64,000 bases of DNA from Chrysomallon squamiferum (Eukaryota; Animalia; Mollusca), in the NCBI GenBank assembly GCA_012295275.1, contig CM022678.1:2790001-2854000 (forward strand). The letters are read 5' to 3'. Made by a program: the position numbers and the translations under genes. A model generated the notes under the pieces. That model searched no databases, was not told where the DNA came from, and saw only the letters and a program-made list of their open reading frames with translations. Positions 60,077 to 64,000 of this stretch are shown piece after piece (position 1 is the stretch's first letter; the number at the start of each line of letters is the position of its first letter).

Positions 60077-61958
60077 TCATACATGCATATACATATATAC
60101 ATACATACATACATAAATATATATATATATATGCACAGGTGTTTCTCTCTCTCTATAATATTAAAGTTTTTTATAGTTGCCAGTATCATATTTTTGGTGA
60201 TGTGAACATAAAACAGATGTTTCTGTCAGCATTTTAAATTATATCACTCATAACAAAATGCTAAACCTATAAAATATTTAAAAAAACAAACAAAAAACAG
60301 TGTAAATTGATATGTATTGTGTAATAGTTGTTTTGTGTCACAAAATAAGAACATAGATTATAGTAATCAGTCATGTGGAGTGTTTGTAACAAAATAATGC
60401 AGCAGCTTGTTAAATTATTCAATCCTGAAAATGTATAGACACAGGAAATGTATCAGGTACTTATCTGTTAATGAGAATAATTATTGTGCAGTGTTTTTCT
60501 GCATATGTTTGTTTATTTTTAATATTATTAATGGTTTATTTTGTTTTTTTGGTTTGTTTTAATTGTTTTTCTGTATATGTTTGTTTATTTTATTATTATT
60601 ATTTTTTTGGTCATTTTAATTAATGATTAAATGGTTCAGTAAAAGAAAATGATTTTAGAAATGTTTTTTATTTTTTTATTGGTTTCAAAACATGCTTAAG
60701 AAGGGAAAATGAAAAAGAAAATTAGTTAATTTTATTCCTCTGTCATTAATAAGTTATTTTAATCAAACGTCAGTGATATTTATTTCTCAATGTTTTCTCA
60801 AGATCATTAGTAAGTCATTTTAATTAAACGTCAATGAATTTTATTTCTCACTGTTTTCTCAGGGTCATTAATAAGCTATTAATTAAAAGTCAGTGAATTT
60901 TATTTCTCACTGTTTTCTCAGGATCATTAGTAAGTTATTAATTAAAAGTCAGTGAATTTTATTTCTCACTGTTTTCTCAAGATCATTAATAAGTCATTTT
61001 AATTAAATGTCAATGAATTTTATTTCTCACTGTTTTCTCAGGGTCATTAATAAGCTATTAATTAAATGTCAATGAATTTTATTTCTCAATGTTCAGTGAT
61101 ATTTATTTCTCAGTGTTTTCTCAAGATCATTAATAAGTCATTTTAATTAAACGTCAATGAATTTTATTTCTCACTGTTTTCTCAGGGTCATTAATAAGCT
61201 ATTAATTAAAAGTCAGTGAATTTTATTTCTCACTGTTTTCTCAGGATCATTAGTAAGTTATTAATTAAAAGTCAGTGAATTTTATTTCTCACTGTTTTCT
61301 CAAGATCATTAATAAGTCATTTTAATTAAACGTCAATGAATTTTATTTCTCACTGTTTTCTCAGGGTCATTAATAAGCTATTAATTAAAAGTCAATGAAT
61401 TTTATTTCTCAATGTTTTTGCAGAACCATTAATAAGTTATTAATTAAAAGTCAGTGAATTTTATTTCTCACTGTTTTCTAAGGATCATTAGTAAGTTGTT
61501 AATTAAAAGTCAGTGAATTTTATTTCTCACTGTTTTCTCAGGATCAGTAGTAAGTTATTAATTAAAAGTCAGTGAATTTTATTTCTCACTGTTTTTGCAG
61601 GATCATTAATAAGTTGTTAATTAAAAGTCAATGAATTTTATTTCTCAATGTTTTCGCAGGGTGGTACTGTTATTGGCAGTGCTCGCTGTAAAGATTTCCG
61701 AGAACGCGAGGGTCGGCTGAAAGCAGCTTTGAACCTTGTCACTCGAAACATCACAAATCTCGTTGTCATTGGTGGTGACGGCAGTCTGACAGGAGCCAAC
61801 CTTTTTAGACAGGAGTGGGCTAGTTTGATTGACGAGCTAGCTAAAAATAGTACGTAATATATCATAAATAAATACATGAATAAACAAATAAAGTTTATAA
61901 ACACACAAGTATATAAATAAATAAATAAATAATCAAATAAAGTTTATAAACATATAAG

Positions 61959-61992
<34 letters not shown>

Positions 61993-63745
61993 AATAATCA
62001 AATAAAAAAGTAAAGTTGATAAACGTATAAGTATATGAATATACAAATAGATTAATATATAAATGAATGAATAAATACATAATCTTAATGGAAATAGAAT
62101 CTTTTTTTTTTCTTTTCTTTTTTTGTGTGAATTGGTCATTATAAACCACAAGGAATGTTTATGGGATTTAAATGAAAAGTTTAGTCAAATTCTTTCTTGA
62201 TATATGTAGAGCTTATATTTAACTGAACAGTTTTACACAGCTTTCTAAATCTGTTATGATGTCTAAAACTATTTAAGACTTGTTTATAGATCTATATTCT
62301 TTTTGTCCATAATAATTAGCTGATAGAAAAAATATATTTTATGAAGAAAAATATATTTTTAATATTTCAGAAAGTAGAAAGAATATAATTTTTAAAATAA
62401 AAATGCATTTTTAATATTTCTGATTTTTTTAAAGTAAAAATGTTTTTTTGATCTTTCAAATAATATATTTTTTTTTAAAGTAAAAATGTTTTTTTGATCT
62501 TTCAAATAATATAAAAAATATGGTTTTTGAAGTTAGAAATGTATTTTTAATCTTTCAGTCTGTATTAAGAATTTTATTTTTTTAAAGCAAAGGTATATTG
62601 TAAGTTTTTCAGATAGTATAACAAGTCTGTTTTTCGAAGAATTTTTTTTTTTTTTTCAGATAATATAAAAAATACAGTTACTGAAGTAAAATATTTCAAA
62701 TAGTGCAAAACAATTTCAGTTTTTGGAGAATTTTTTTTTTTAATCTTTCAGATCTTATAAATGGTTGTGAAGAAAAACAATTATTGATATTTCAGATAGT
62801 TAAAAAAAATGTTTTTTTTTTTTTTTTTGAAGTAAAAGCACATTAACATTTCACATTCTATCAAAGTTCTTTTTGAAGTGGAAATATGTTTTTTAATATT
62901 TCAAAGAGAATAAAAAGAAATGACAGGTTTTGACGTAAAAACATATTTTTGATATTTCAGACAGTATCGATGCAGATACTGCTAAGAGGTGTGAGCATCT
63001 GAACATTGTGGGTATGGTGGGGTCCATTGACAATGATTTCTGCGGCACTGACATGACAATTGGCACTGACACTGCATTGCACAGAATTCTGGAAGCTGTC
63101 GATGCCATCACAACGACAGCCTCGAGGTAACATTTCCATTTTGTTTGATTTTATTATAGTGTAACCAGACATAATCATTAATACCTAACTTGATTTTGTT
63201 ACAGTTTAATCAGAAACATTTATTATTTAACTTGTTTGTTTTTTGCTTGATTTTATTATAGTATAATTGGAAATAATCATAATTTATTTATTTGAAAGTT
63301 ACATGTTTTATTTGAAGAAAAAAAAAGGAGTTAACGATACATTTAATCCCATTGAAAAATGATAATAATAATTTAAAAATATGTAAAATCTGAGATTTTG
63401 TTTTTTCAGTCATCAGAGAGCGTTTGTTCTAGAGGTGATGGGTAGACATTGTGGGTAAGAATGGATTCAGTTTTATTTATTGTTTCCAGTATGCATATCA
63501 TGGCCATAAACACAGTGCACACACACACACACATGCACACACATGCACACACACATGCACACACTGAAAGACTTCATTGTAGTAACTTGATGGGTAATAA
63601 TCAAGATGTGAGACTGTGTTGATGTTTCTGTTTCAGATACTTAGCTTTGGTTGGTGCCTTGGCCAGTGAGGCTGACTGGGTGTTCATTCCTGAATGGCCG
63701 CCAGAAGATGGCTGGGAAGACACTCTATGCAACAAACTACTCACA
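57454..63745 (+). CDS. PFK: ATP-dependent 6-phosphofructokinase, 5' part (continues beyond the window). Exons 57454-57580, 58759-58832, 59466-59543, 61660-61849, 62961-63126, 63410-63454, 63637-63745.
   Basis: Motifs [94 protein letters not shown]. Confidence 0.96.
60740..61662 (+). repeat. ~60-bp minisatellite (about 15 units) in PFK intron 3; the last unit is the exon-4 splice acceptor
   Basis: Unit gaattttatttctcactgttttctcag-g(g/a)tcattaataagttattaattaaaagtcagt; the final unit ends ttttcgcag|GGTGGT. Confidence 0.93.
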
Positions 63746-64000
63746 GTCTGTATTATTTTTATTATTATCAGATATCTTTAAAAAGTGAAAAATCAATTTA
63801 AAGATGATTTAATTGCGTGTGTGTCTGAAAGTATTTGTGTTTGTGTGTGTGTGTGATTGTCTATGCATGTTATTAATATTTATTTACAGTTTTTGGAAGT
63901 GTACGTTGAAAGGAAGGTAACTGTTTCCATAATTCTAACTTGGAGTATTTAATGTAGCTTTGGTTTTCTGAAATAAATGTTGTAAGAGAAAGGCACAGTG

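Overview
This is AT-rich, microsatellite-laden animal genomic DNA with GT-AG introns. It is probably an invertebrate, but the species cannot be identified from the sequence. About 1-52 kb is a recently and repeatedly rearranged cluster of about nine genes and gene remnants (G1-G9) built from macro (ADP-ribose-binding fold) domains, repeat-expanded low-complexity linkers, a C3HC4 RING and a Deltex C-terminal (DTC) domain. Two copies splice into intact ORFs: G4 (macro-macro-RING-DTC, 924 aa) and G5 (macro-RING-DTC, 504 aa). The others are truncated, macro-only, frameshifted or carry nonsense codons. The genes sit head-to-head around promoters that each carry ISRE/IRF-E-like motifs (GAAANNGAAA). 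My main hypothesis is an IRF-inducible invertebrate immune array of single-chain PARP9+DTX3L-like ADP-ribose-reading ubiquitin ligases with macro-only derivatives. The last 12 kb holds a complete RPL19 (- strand) and the 5' part of 6-phosphofructokinase (+ strand), head-to-head. One PFK intron contains a minisatellite made of about 14 copies of its own splice acceptor. Exon models were derived by eye from splice signals and frame continuity, and no database search was run.
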